Assembly: GCA_951406725.2 (NCBI GenBank)
Contig: OX597826.1
Location: 5,270,001 to 5,334,000 of the forward strand
Length of the DNA stretch: 64,000 nt
Source of the DNA: Octopus vulgaris
Lineage: Eukaryota
Reading direction: 5' to 3'
Part shown: in pieces, positions 11,901 to 24,772 of the stretch
Layout: the number at the start of each line of letters is the position of its first letter
Position numbering within the stretch: the stretch's first letter is position 1
The notes under the pieces: generated by a model
The model's database searches: none
What the model was told of the DNA's origin: nothing
The model's input: the letters and a program-made list of their open reading frames with translations, nothing else
Made by a program: the position numbers and the translations under genes

Positions 11901-12852
11901 CTTTCTTTGGTGGTGTTTCAATTTATTTCTCAGAAATAGTAATTATAGAAGATAAAATTTAAAACAAAGGAAGAGGACAGCTGAACTCATTTCGCAAACA
12001 GCTGCCTCATTCACATTGAATCTTATCGCGCGACTCATTCAATATCGTCTCAATCTAACTAACGGTGTTGTGTGTTTGAATATATTGTTTTATAATGCTA
12101 ATTGGAAATTGTAATTGGAATAATTCTACTTACTTCCAACCTTATTGAGATCGTACTCTATCTCAGCCATTTGCTAATGACGCTCGATGACATTAAATAT
12201 TTATACTAATAAGTACATAATTAAGACGGACTTAATTTATATATACTGTAAAGATTATGATCAAACTTTAGGCGCATTAAAATGAGATGTGAGATTTGCT
12301 GTTTTTCTTATTTGTTTCCGTATAAAGTCATATCGAACGCATGGCTCTGTGGTTAAGCATTTCTTTTTGTAATCGGCTTCAATGCAACAGACAACCTATT
12401 TTCGCAAGTGTCAATGACAGATTGTGTAATCTATTAACTCTGTGTGTATGTGTGCAAATTCATATACATACATACGTACGTACCACACACACAGAGACAC
12501 ATACACGCACACACATACAGACACACAAGCACACACACATTCCTGAATTTGTGCTGCAAGATTCCTGATGTGAAAACGTGTGTTGAAACAAATAGTATTA
12601 TATTTCGGGATGGTCACTGCTTTTTTGCCAAATAAACACACGCCCTAAATATACGTTATACACTTGTTTATTTTTGTTCGTATTCTAAATCATGTCCATC
12701 GTCCAGAAATATTTGGCACACATCTGTGACATCTTCAGCAACACATTCCGCCTTCATGTATCCTCTTGTACCGCTTATTCCATTCTGTCCTATGGAAGAA
12801 GAGAATAGAGTAAGCGGATGAAGGGCGAAAAAATGACAATCCTGAAATACAA

Positions 12853-12945
<93 letters not shown>

Positions 12946-13051
12946 TTTCTGTAGAAGAGCGTAGGCTCGAAACGTAAAACAGGTTATACTAATACATCTG
13001 TTTGTTTTGTACACCACCTCTCTTCGTCCTTTGTTTTTTTTCGTAAACTCT

Positions 13052-13104
<53 letters not shown>

Positions 13105-13301
13105 AGTGGATGAATGAATTATCCTTTGTTTACTGATAACATGGAAAATTCAATAAACAGTTGCCAGGGTAGCAAAATTCACGCAAGTAACAAGGATGTA
13201 GCGATCTATTCAAAGGTAGAAACTCCGGGTTAATGTGCAGTAATTTGTGTAGTATAAGTAAATAAAAGGGGTTGAACGCAGATGGTATTCAAATTATTTT
13301 A

Positions 13302-13384
13302 TTTTAGACATATGTTTCGAAGACAACATTGGTTTTGTTCCAAAGGAATAAACGGTGTAAAATGCAATCTTCTCATCAGGAAAC
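13302..13384 (-). ncRNA. Minimal type I hammerhead ribozyme in a Penelope-type terminal repeat (~13100-13430)
   Basis: Minus strand: CUGAUGA, stem II GAAGAUUGCAUU/AAUGUUGUCUUC, GAAAC-AUAU-GUC (palindromic ACAUAUGU), weak stem I, AAUAAA just downstream. Confidence 0.7.
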
Positions 13385-13501
13385 AACAAGACATTATAAC
13401 AATTTCAGATAAATGATAAACAGAACGTTATTAAGTATTTTAAAATGCTTAATAATAATAATAATTATTATTATATATATATATATATATATATACGTTA
13501 T

Positions 13502-13535
<34 letters not shown>

Positions 13536-13537
13536 TT

Positions 13538-13873
13538 GACCCCCTTCGGTCATGAATGACCATGGGATTGCACCTAGAAAGTTACCCTCCTAGACACAAG
13601 TCTGGGCAAGGTTGTTTTTATGGAAGGCCAGCAGTCGCCCATGCATACCAGCCTCCCCTCTCCACGCCACCAGTGTTATCCAAGGGAAAGACAAAGGTCG
13701 ATACAGCTTGGCACCAGTGACGTCGCAACTCATTTCTACAGCTGAGTGAACTGGAGCAACGTGAAATAAAGTGCCTTGCTCGAGAACACAACACGCAGCC
13801 CGGTCCGGGATTCGAGCTCACAACCTCACGATCGTAAGCTCGACGCTCTAACCACTGAGCCATGCGCCTTCAC
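13538..13873 (-). mobile_element. tRNA-derived SINE family C (cactcagctgtagaaatgagt core)
   Basis: A box tggctcagtgg, B box gctcgaatccc; shorter copy at 24773-25024. Confidence 0.85.
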
Positions 13874-13914
13874 ATAATATATATATATATATATTATATA
13901 TATATATATATATA

Positions 13915-13957
<43 letters not shown>

Positions 13958-14431
13958 CATATACATATACACATATATATATAGTAAATGCAAAAGAGAT
14001 GAACAAACACAGAAAAACAACCACGTGAGGACGTGATACATGTAAAATATTAGCACACGCTCAGGGAAGAAAAGAAAGATGGTTTAAAGTTTCGAGCAGA
14101 GGCTCTTTTTCGGAAACAAAGGAAGGTCCAATAGAAGGGAAGACGGAGAAAGAAAACCCGCAACGATTCCCATGTGGTTGCAGTATATGCATATGCTGCA
14201 TGTATGTATGTACGTATGTATGTATGTATGTATGTATGTATATATATATATGTATGCATATATATCCACACATTTTTCTTTTCTGTTTATTTTGTGTTGT
14301 TCCTTTCTGTTGAAGAGTGTAGTAGGCTCGAAGCGTAAAGGACTTTCTCACTCTCCCGAGCGTCAAAATAATACACCTTCTTGTTGTTCATACAATTGTC
14401 TTCGACTTTTGGTTTTCTGTAGACTTCAGCT

Positions 14432-14471
<40 letters not shown>

Positions 14472-14787
14472 ATATATCAGAGCCGCTGACGAGCCCTAAT
14501 GTAATTGCGAAATCAGTGGTTATCTGACAATGCCCGGCGCTGAAGGACCTTGCCTCGCTTGTCAGTCATTAACATGGTGTTTAACGTGGCTATGAGCTGC
14601 TTTGACTGTTATTCCTAGCAATATGTACGCTGACTAATGCACTTATACGCTTTAGAGACGTATATATGTTTGCCTTTCGTTTGAAAAATTACTAACAAAC
14701 CACTCTTAGTATTGATATATATATATAAAGAAAGAAAGAAAGAAAGAAAGAAAGAGGGAAAGGGAGAGAAAGAGAGAGAGAGATATA

Positions 14788-15357
<570 letters not shown>

Positions 15358-15370
15358 TTGTGTGTGTGTG

Positions 15371-15668
15371 TGGAGGTACATAGCCAAGTGGTTAGAGCAG
15401 GGGACACGCTGTTTCGAATCTCAGACCGGGCGATGTGAGTGTTTATGAGCGAAACACCTAAGCTCCACGCGGTTCTGGCAGAAGGTAATGGCGAAACTTC
15501 TGCTGACTCTTTCACCACAACTTTCTCTCACTCTTTCCTCCTGTATCTGGCAGCTGACCTGCGACGGACCGATGTCATGTCCAGGTGGGGAACAAATACG
15601 CCAAGGAAACATGGAAACCAGCCCTATTAGCCAGTAGTGGCTCGAGACGGAACAAGCAACAACAACAA
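15371..15668 (+). mobile_element. SINE family B, near full length
   Basis: Matches 4293-4597; AAC tail. Confidence 0.85.
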
Positions 15669-15910
15669 AAAGATATATATATATATATACATAATTCCAA
15701 GAGAGTGAAAAGTTGTGAATCCCACCAATTAAGGGATAATATCTATCCAATATGCTGCTGGTAATATATTAATACACAAGTATTTTATCATTGCATGCCA
15801 ATTACATTACCGAGTGCAATAAATGGGTGAGGGTACAAAGTTATGTTACCTTTAGGGGATCAAGAGGTGGCGATAAATACCACCTCTTGATCTCCTCCAT
15901 TTTCTTATTG

Positions 15911-15959
<49 letters not shown>

Positions 15960-15992
15960 TACACACATATATACTTGTTTGTGTGTGTCTGT

Positions 15993-16313
15993 GTGAAGTC
16001 ACGTGACTTAGGGGTTAGAGAATTTGGCTCATGAGCGTAAGGTCGTAAGTCCAATTCCGGTCGACACATTGTATTCTTGAAGGCGCTTTATTTCACGTTG
16101 CTCCTGTCCATTCAGCTGGCAGAAAGGAGTAGCACTTGTATTTCAAATGACCAGCCTTGTCACATTCTGTGTTACGCTGAATTTCCCTGAGAATGTTAAG
16201 GGTACACGTGTGTATGGAATGCTCAGCTACTTGCACGTTAACTTCATAAGCAGGCTATTTCGTTCGTCGGATGGACTGGAACCCACTTCATCGTAACCGA
16301 CTGAGTGTTTCAG
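15993..16313 (+). mobile_element. SINE with family C head and core but a different 3' part
   Basis: Shares ctttatttcacgttgctcc..cattcagctgg with 13538-13873, then diverges. Confidence 0.7.
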
Positions 16314-16562
16314 CTCATATATATATACATAAAATTAGAAATATTGCATTTCTAAATCTCTCAGAGAGACTTTTACAGTAGAAGCACGATAAAGTGATGG
16401 TTTGTCAACTTAATGTGGTAGTTCCAAGAAATGGAAGAATGAATGCTACATCTATTTAGCCCCAGGGAACATCGTTTCCAGTTGGCTACGTGTCACAAGC
16501 GTTCTGTGTCCTTACGTTTTCAAACAGGGGAGATGATCACCTCTACCTAGTAAAACCAGCAA

Positions 16563-16603
16563 CCGGAGACTAGTTTCAGAGTTATTGTGCTTCATCAGTT
16601 TGG
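16563..16603 (-). ncRNA. Degenerate minimal hammerhead ribozyme
   Basis: Minus strand: CUGAUGA (16592-16598), short stem II AG/CU, GAAAC-UA-GUC (palindromic ACUAGU); stem I partly mismatched. Confidence 0.5.
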
Positions 16604-16949
16604 AGTAGCTTGGCTTCCTTGATGTCCATGCTAATTTTGTATTTGAAAAATCATAGAATTTCAAGTGGAATAAATTCACTGATCTACAAATTTAGAAATA
16701 TAACATTTCTAAATTTCTGAGAGACTTATACAGTAGCAGACAGATAAAGGGATGGTTTGTTGACAATGACAATAAGACCCCATTAATAGTGGCCTTAACT
16801 CCAACATTTTACAACTCCATGTGCTCCATGTGCTCCACTTTTCAGGAGCAAAAATCTTTGAATGGTGTTTATAAGATTTGGAGTTTGGAATCTGGGCATA
16901 AAGATAAGTAGTATGGGATAAATTTGTCATGATTAGAATTTTTGGTTGG

Positions 16950-17106
16950 GTGTGTAATGAGGGAAAGAACTCCCATTAAAATTCTTAATCTCCAATTTTG
17001 ATGAAATTCGAATCATATATATTCCAGTTCATTAGAGAAAATATAAAAGAAAACTTTTATTTCTTAAATTTCATGTGACACGGACACCGCCGAGTATCTC
17101 TGCTAG
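16950..17106 (+). mobile_element. 3' end of a second Helitron family (5' boundary not defined)
   Basis: Hairpin acacgg-acaccg-ccgagt at 17078-17095, then ctgCTAG|T at 17103-17107. Confidence 0.5.
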
Positions 17107-17108
17107 TA

Positions 17109-17153
<45 letters not shown>

Positions 17154-17659
17154 ATATATATATATATATACATTATACATACGCACATAGATAGAAACGA
17201 AGGTACATATAGATATAACAATAGATGCATAAATAGATGGATAGATAGATAGCTTGACACATACATGCAAACATACGTACATACATACATATATACATAC
17301 ATACATGCATACGTAAATACACAAACATAAAAGCCAGATGACCAAATATGAAGCTAATACGGAATAGAACAGAATCATGATATTTGCCTTTACAAACTTT
17401 CTTTTAAATTAAATATTAGAGTTTCAGAAAGTGGAAAAGAGTCGCCCTAAGCATTTATAAAACAAACAATGAAGAAAAAAGGACAGCATGTCACACCATG
17501 TAAAATCTCGATTTGAATATTTTGCATTGCACAAGAAATCTTTTGGGTGAGATACTTTTGTCACTTTCAGCCTTTCTCCCCTCCAAATTTTCTTCCCTCT
17601 TAATGCACAATGCTACGCCCCTCGGACGCCCTACGCCATTGTCACTCTCTCTTCCTCAT

Positions 17660-17710
<51 letters not shown>

Positions 17711-18899
17711 CAGCATTTCTTTGCTGAGAATGAATGTATATATATATATAAATATATATATACCCAATTGCATATGTATATATGCATACATATATATAAA
17801 CATACATACACATATATGTGTATGCAAACTTGTTCATATATATATATGCACACATACACAAATGCATACATATATAAATATATATATATAGGTATATATA
17901 TATATATATATACATATATATATGTATATGTATATATGTATATATATATGTGTGTGTGTGTATGTATATATATATATATATATATATATACGCATATATG
18001 TGTGTGTGTATGGGTGGGTGTAATCATGTAATATATTGCGTAACATTCGTTTATAAATTTGTAGGATTTTATTTATGCTATTTTACTCAATTTTTGAAAA
18101 CAACCTCGAATGATGTTTTTTGGTTTAACATAGATTCTTTTCAGCTGTATATTGTTTTATTTCTACTTATTTTCCCCTAAAACAGGGCAATTATATTTTT
18201 TATTCGTAATTTAGTTTATTTCGTTATTTTGCAAATTTGTACCATTTCCAGCATCATTGCAGCGTCCCGGGCAAACACTGATGCCATCATTATATTCGCT
18301 TGTCTTTACAATAGGGACAGCATCTTCTCAATACATACATATATATATATACATACATATGTATATGTATATATATATATATATATATATGTATATACAT
18401 ATACATATACACATATACATATGCATGTATGTTTGTATGTATGTATGTATGTATTAAGGAGAGGCTGTCCCTATTGTAAAGGCATACATATGTATATGTG
18501 TATTTGTATATGTATATATATATATATATAATATATATATAATATATATATATAATGTATATATATATAATATATATAGCAGACATATGTATATATATGT
18601 ACTCGCGCGCACACACACTTAATGTATAATTGCATATATGGAGATGTGTCTGGTGTGTGTATGTCTGTTAATAACAGAGAGAGAATGTGTACGTGTGCGT
18701 GAGTGTGTGTGTCGTGTGTGTATGAGTGTGTATGTGTGTGTGTGTGTGTGTCTTGATGATCCTTAGAAACATCAGCATCCCAATCGCCTTAACCGCATCC
18801 ACCAAATATCATTATCATTCCTCCTACATTTTACCTTGTATATATTTGGCCACCGCTTATTATCAAACATTGCAGCAATCATCGGTGTCATTACGCTCC

Positions 18900-18916
18900 A
18901 TCACCGGCATTACCAC

Positions 18917-18966
<50 letters not shown>

Positions 18967-19125
18967 CCATCATCACCATCATCATCATCACCATCATCAT
19001 CCTCGTCATCATCATCACCACCACCACCACCACCAACACCACCACCACCACCACCACCACCACCATCACCATCATCATCCTCTTCATCATCATCTTCATC
19101 ATCATCATCGTCATCATCATCATGT
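18900..19125. repeat. (CAT)n/(CAC)n trinucleotide repeat
   Basis: Read directly; explains the poly-His, poly-Ile and poly-Met ORFs. Confidence 0.95.
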
Positions 19126-19606
19126 ACACCTGTATCAACACGATTATATCTAAGAATGTTTATGTTTGTTTGTTTGCTTTTGTTATTATTATTTTATTAT
19201 TTTATTATTTTTGCTTCTCATCATCATTTTCATCATCTACATATTCTACACAAGAAATAAGATGATGAAATCGCGAAAAAAACAAAAAAACAACAACAAA
19301 AAATAAAGCAGAGATGTAAATTTTCAAAAGTAAAAGAAAAAGTTGGAAATATTTACTAAATTGTATCTATTCGAAGAAGAGCAAATTGACCGAGTCATAA
19401 TTTCCATTACGTAACGTTCAAATCTTCGCACATACACTCACTCACACACACACACACGTGTATAAGGGCGTACTCACTCACACAGATAAATAAGCCTACA
19501 TACATACAGACAAAGAGACACAAGATATCATATACATGTATCCACTTACATATGTATTCCATAGATTAGATGCGCATATACATATACACATATATATGTA
19601 TATGTC

Positions 19607-19640
<34 letters not shown>

Positions 19641-19750
19641 CATACATATATATACATACCTTATATATACATATATATATAGACATATATATATACATAT
19701 ATATATATATATATGTATATATATATGTCTATATATATATATGTATATAT

Positions 19751-19810
<60 letters not shown>

Positions 19811-20006
19811 TTATATATGTTTTTATTTAAGTGTATGCACGAACTACTCTATGCATGTACACTATTTAAAATTTAGCCTTCGGTTAGCGGCCTCTGAATC
19901 CCAGTAATTTTAACCAATCATAATATCCCAGGAGATGGCACTAAGAATCGGTAATAACATGCAAGAGTTTAAGGAAGAGAGGAAAAAAATACATAAAAGA
20001 ATACAC

Positions 20007-20044
<38 letters not shown>

Positions 20045-20961
20045 CACGCATATATATATATGTATATATATATGACCGTTTTGTGCCGTATTTATATATT
20101 ACATCACATGTGTGTCTGTGTAGCAAAATAATGATAAGAAAACAAGGATGTAAAATTATGAAGAAACGAAATGAGTGGAAGACACGAAAGAAGGTTAACA
20201 AGATAGACGAAATATATAGAATCACAAGATGAATTACTTTGCGGATTCTTGCTGCATATTTTAGCAGAAGATAATCCTATTGTAGAGACTAGGTTATTTT
20301 TCCAAAATTCTTTTTCTTATGATATACGTTTTCCCCAAACACTAACAATAATAGCATAACATTTTCTTAACTTTTCTTTCTGATGTTTCTTTTTTTATTC
20401 CTCTTACAATTGCAAGTTCTTCATATATATATGTATGTATTTATGTATATATATATATATATATGTACATGTGTGTGTGTGTGTGTATATATGTACACAC
20501 GCACACTCACAAACACATACACACAAAGACACACACACACATACTCTCTCTCTATATATCTCTCTCTTATGTATATGTAAGCCTTGTTATGTTTCAATGT
20601 GTATACGTATTAAATATTTTATATTTTTAGTGTTTCTAGAACCGGTGAATTGCGTCAGAATCATGGGAAGATAATTGAATAAAAATTGCAAATAAATAAG
20701 AAATTTGCTTTTATTTATTTCGCCATTGCAAAATAAAACGAAAATCAAAATCAAACCAAAATGTCAAAAAAATAAAGCAAAAAAAAAAAAAACAAGCAAA
20801 AGTGGAAATGTATTACAAGAGAAGAGAAAAAAAACAACTATTTTCAGCAATTTTACTTCTTATGTTGTAAATTTGAAATATTTATGTGTTATGTCATCCT
20901 TATTTCGTGTGTGTATGTATGTATGTATATATCAATATTTATATGTATGTACATATGCATA

Positions 20962-21026
<65 letters not shown>

Positions 21027-21176
21027 ATGTATGTTTCTATGTGTATATATATATATATATGAATATGTATAAGTCAAGATACGTAATATACAAATATATA
21101 TATTTACATATATATATATATATATATACCTACATATATATACTCATATATATACATACATACATACATACATATT

Positions 21177-21255
<79 letters not shown>

Positions 21256-21665
21256 ATATATATATAGTGTACGATGGAGAAGGTGAAAGAGAGGAGAGAG
21301 GAAATTTGCTATGGAGCGATAAGTATAAAATAGATAGACGGACTGGTAGTTAGAGAGATAAATATAATGCATGAATTCGACTTTATTTTCCTTTTTCTTT
21401 TTTGTATGTGTGTGAGTGTTTTATTTAGTTAGATATCAGCACTTTCTAGGGTTTTAAAGCGTATTTCTAAAACAGTAAAACATCCAAACTGAATGAAAAA
21501 AGGAACGCCACAATACGCTGGAGCGTTGATTTTGCTGATTTGCAAAATTTTTTAGAGAGTCTATGTCATGCCCTTTTATAGCATAACCCTGTTTTAATTC
21601 TAACAAACAGTGTCACAACCATTTACAGACACAAATGTATACCACTGCGTGTAATTATATATGTG

Positions 21666-21755
<90 letters not shown>

Positions 21756-21767
21756 CATATATATATG

Positions 21768-21804
<37 letters not shown>

Positions 21805-21930
21805 TGGCCTACTCGTTTAGCCAGCGGGGTGGCGTCTTTTGAAGCCTAAAACAATGCAAGGCGCATTGTGACCAGCGATGTGTAGCTGCATCTGATGGCC
21901 TGTTCGGTCACAGTGATCACAGTGATCACG

Positions 21931-21994
<64 letters not shown>

Positions 21995-21995
<1 letters not shown>

Positions 21996-22203
21996 TTGTG
22001 TGTGTTTGTGTGTCTGTGTTTTTCACCTCAACATCGCTTGACAGCCGATTCTGGTGCGTTTACGTCCCCGTAATTTAGCGGTTCGGCAAAAGAGAACCGA
22101 TATAATAAGTACTAGGCTTACAAAGAATAAGTCCTGGGCTCGATTTGTTCGACTAAAGGCAGTGCTCTAGCATGTTCGCAGTCAAATGACTGAAACAAGT
22201 AAA
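21995..22203 (+). mobile_element. SINE family D, 3' half
   Basis: Matches 51420-51625 (gtccccgtaacttagcggttcggcaaaa...cagtcaaatgactgaaacaagt). Confidence 0.8.
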
Positions 22204-22218
22204 TACACACATAAACAT

Positions 22219-22292
<74 letters not shown>

Positions 22293-22329
22293 ACAATCCC
22301 TCTCTTTAGGCACTGAGCAATCTCTCTCT

Positions 22330-23231
22330 TTGCTCAGTGCCTAAAACATCGTGCAAAATATATAAGTAGCGATCGTGATACACACACCACGAAGAAATGA
22401 TCAAGCTCAATAACGATCTGCTAAGCAACAACTATCCCAAAAGTATGCTATCCACTTCAATTATGAAGAAGAGAGAGGATGAGGTTCATAAACTGTCCAC
22501 AGTCTGTCTACCCTATGGGAAAGGCCTCTACGAAAAGATACAAAAGATATGTGGCCCATATGACATCAGGATAGTATTCAAGAGTAATACAACCCTTCGC
22601 AAATATCTCCTTCGAGTAAAAGCACCAATAGAAGGGAATATGACCAAAGACTGCGTGCACTCCATCCCATGCAGTTGTGGTAGGTTATACAAAGGTGAAA
22701 CATGCCGCCCCCTCAAAATAAGGGTAGACGAACATCGCATAGCTGTAACGCGAGGAGATATTGATAAATCGGGAATAGCTGATCATGTATGAAAAACATG
22801 GAGACTACCCCCCACCCCCGTGGGATGAAGTTAAAATAATAGACGGAGGACACCAGTGGAAAACACGGAAACTAAAAGAAGCAGCAACGACCTCCTAAGC
22901 AGACAGAGTGCAGATATGAGCAGCAAATGGGAACCTATTTCTTTATTACCCACAAGGGGTTAAACATAGAGGGGACAAATAACATGGACAGACATAGGTA
23001 TTAAGTCGATTATATCGACCCCAGTGCTTAACTGGTACTTAATTTATCGACCCCGAAAGGATGAAAAGGGGTCGATGAAAAGGGGTCAGATATGAGCAGC
23101 AAATGGGAACCGGTATTAAAGAAGTATAGGGGAATATTATATTTATAAGCTTTAAAATTCACTCCATAACAGTGGTTAAGAGCGCGGGCTACTAAGCCCA
23201 AAATTCGTGTTCGATTCCAAGCATTGACCTG

Positions 23232-23265
<34 letters not shown>

Positions 23266-23315
23266 CCGCCACCATCATCACCACCACCACCACCAACAAC
23301 AACAACAAAAACAAC

Positions 23316-23353
<38 letters not shown>

Positions 23354-23515
23354 TAACATCGAAAAATGCCTTAAGAATGAGAAGCCAGGTTCGAAATTTT
23401 CCGAAGACACCTGAAAAAAGGCTGAAGGGTATATCAGGCGAAACGTGTTAACAACAAACAAGACGAGGACAAATATCCGTCGAATGTAAATAATGTAAAT
23501 AAAGCCTTCGTTTAT
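22330..23515 (+). mobile_element. 5'-truncated Penelope-like element (thumb, linker, GIY-YIG endonuclease, terminal repeat), interrupted by a SINE fragment
   Basis: AQCLKHRAK...LLSNNYP, VCLPYGKG, CVHSIPCSCGRLYKGETCRPLKIRVDEH, SGIADHV; degenerate hammerhead at 23406-23449. Confidence 0.85.
22936..23086 (-). mobile_element. 5'-truncated SINE family A (Tx1-like tail) with 25-bp TSD
   Basis: cagatatgagcagcaaatgggaacc at 22911-22935 and 23087-23111. Confidence 0.9.
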
Positions 23516-23519
23516 TCGA

Positions 23520-23990
23520 TCCATTCACATATGTTATGGATTTCTCAATTACTTTCCATTTAATCACATGTGGTGTTTGGCTACCTTTCAAAGACCAGAC
23601 GTGGCTAACCACTTAGTTGCTTTATTTTGTCCCTGTGATAAAGGAGGATATGTGATTGGTTAAGCGATTTTTAATTTCACCTTCACATAGGTTTTCTTAT
23701 TAGTTGTATTATTATTATTTAGGATTGCAGTAACCTCTGCTTGATATATGATAGATTTAATCATACATCGTTGGTCAAGTGGACAAGATGATAGGTTGCG
23801 ACAGTTGCAGCTGGATAGAGATATTCTTCATATTGGTGCAGTAGCTATACGATAATTTCACAGAACACCTATCAAATATTTTCTTGTCCCTGTGAGTTGC
23901 TGGGTAGTGTTTGTCTAGGGAAGACAGGAATCTTTTACCTATGTTAGTTTTTATATAAAGGGAAATGGATATAAAGTAGCATAGTGACGA
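23520..23990 (-). mobile_element. Second Penelope-like element relic, different clade (Naiad-like motifs, tentative)
   Basis: KTNIGKRFLSSLDKHYP..KIFDRCSVKLSYS, then IYQAEVT..KTY, KNRLTNHISSF, HVWSLK..IKWKVIEK across frameshifts. Confidence 0.75.
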
Positions 23991-24772
23991 ACTATTTGAT
24001 GTATGTATGGAGTCATAATATTGTACTGACATATGTGATCTTGTGGGCTTATTTATATTAAAGACAATGAGATATAGAAGCCATCTCATGACGTTGGCCT
24101 ATACCATGACGACGGTTTAGGCATTTCCCATGAATGTGATAGATTTAGAAAGCAACTTATTTCCAACTTTAATTAACGAGGACTTAAAATTACAGTAGCT
24201 ACTAATCTCTCTATAATTGATTATTTACAAGTTCCCTAGATCTAAACCCCTCGTATAAACCTTTCCGTAAGCCTAATGAGAATCTCGCATATATACATAA
24301 CCAGTCTTGTCACCCTCCTGTAATATCTAAAAACCCGATAGCCAGTATTAACAACAGGGTATCTAACAAATGCTCGTGTTTTGCACATAAAATCTACTCT
24401 CAACATTTGTTCAAAATATTGGATAATCCGTAAATTTTCAGCGCAATCCGCAATTATCTACATCATACGTTCATCAAATTTGAAGAAACACAAAACTGGA
24501 ACTGTAGCGCGACTGCCAGATATTTAGAAGCAGTGCTAAGCTATGACTCTTCATTTCACATTTTATTCAAGCGGTTAGAAAAGTTTATTTGTCGTTACCT
24601 TCAAATGTAAAATTTTGGCAGGTAATTTTTTTACAACTATTTTAGCTTTGACATGACAGTCTGTTATTTAGGTCCTGTAACAAACCTTGATAAATATGTA
24701 TGTATGTATGTATCTGTGTGTGTATAATTTAGAATAGGATGCCAGTTGTCATTGTAAAGACAATCGAATGCT

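Noticed and set aside
11587-11921. YI/IY/CV-rich ORFs here and throughout the track
   Set aside because: Translations of (TA)n, (TG)n and (TATG)n microsatellites.
16331-16770. ~80-bp diverged direct repeats (16331-16410, 16688-16770) as LTRs
   Set aside because: No TG..CA ends, PBS or PPT; more likely an internal duplication of a Helitron-like repeat.
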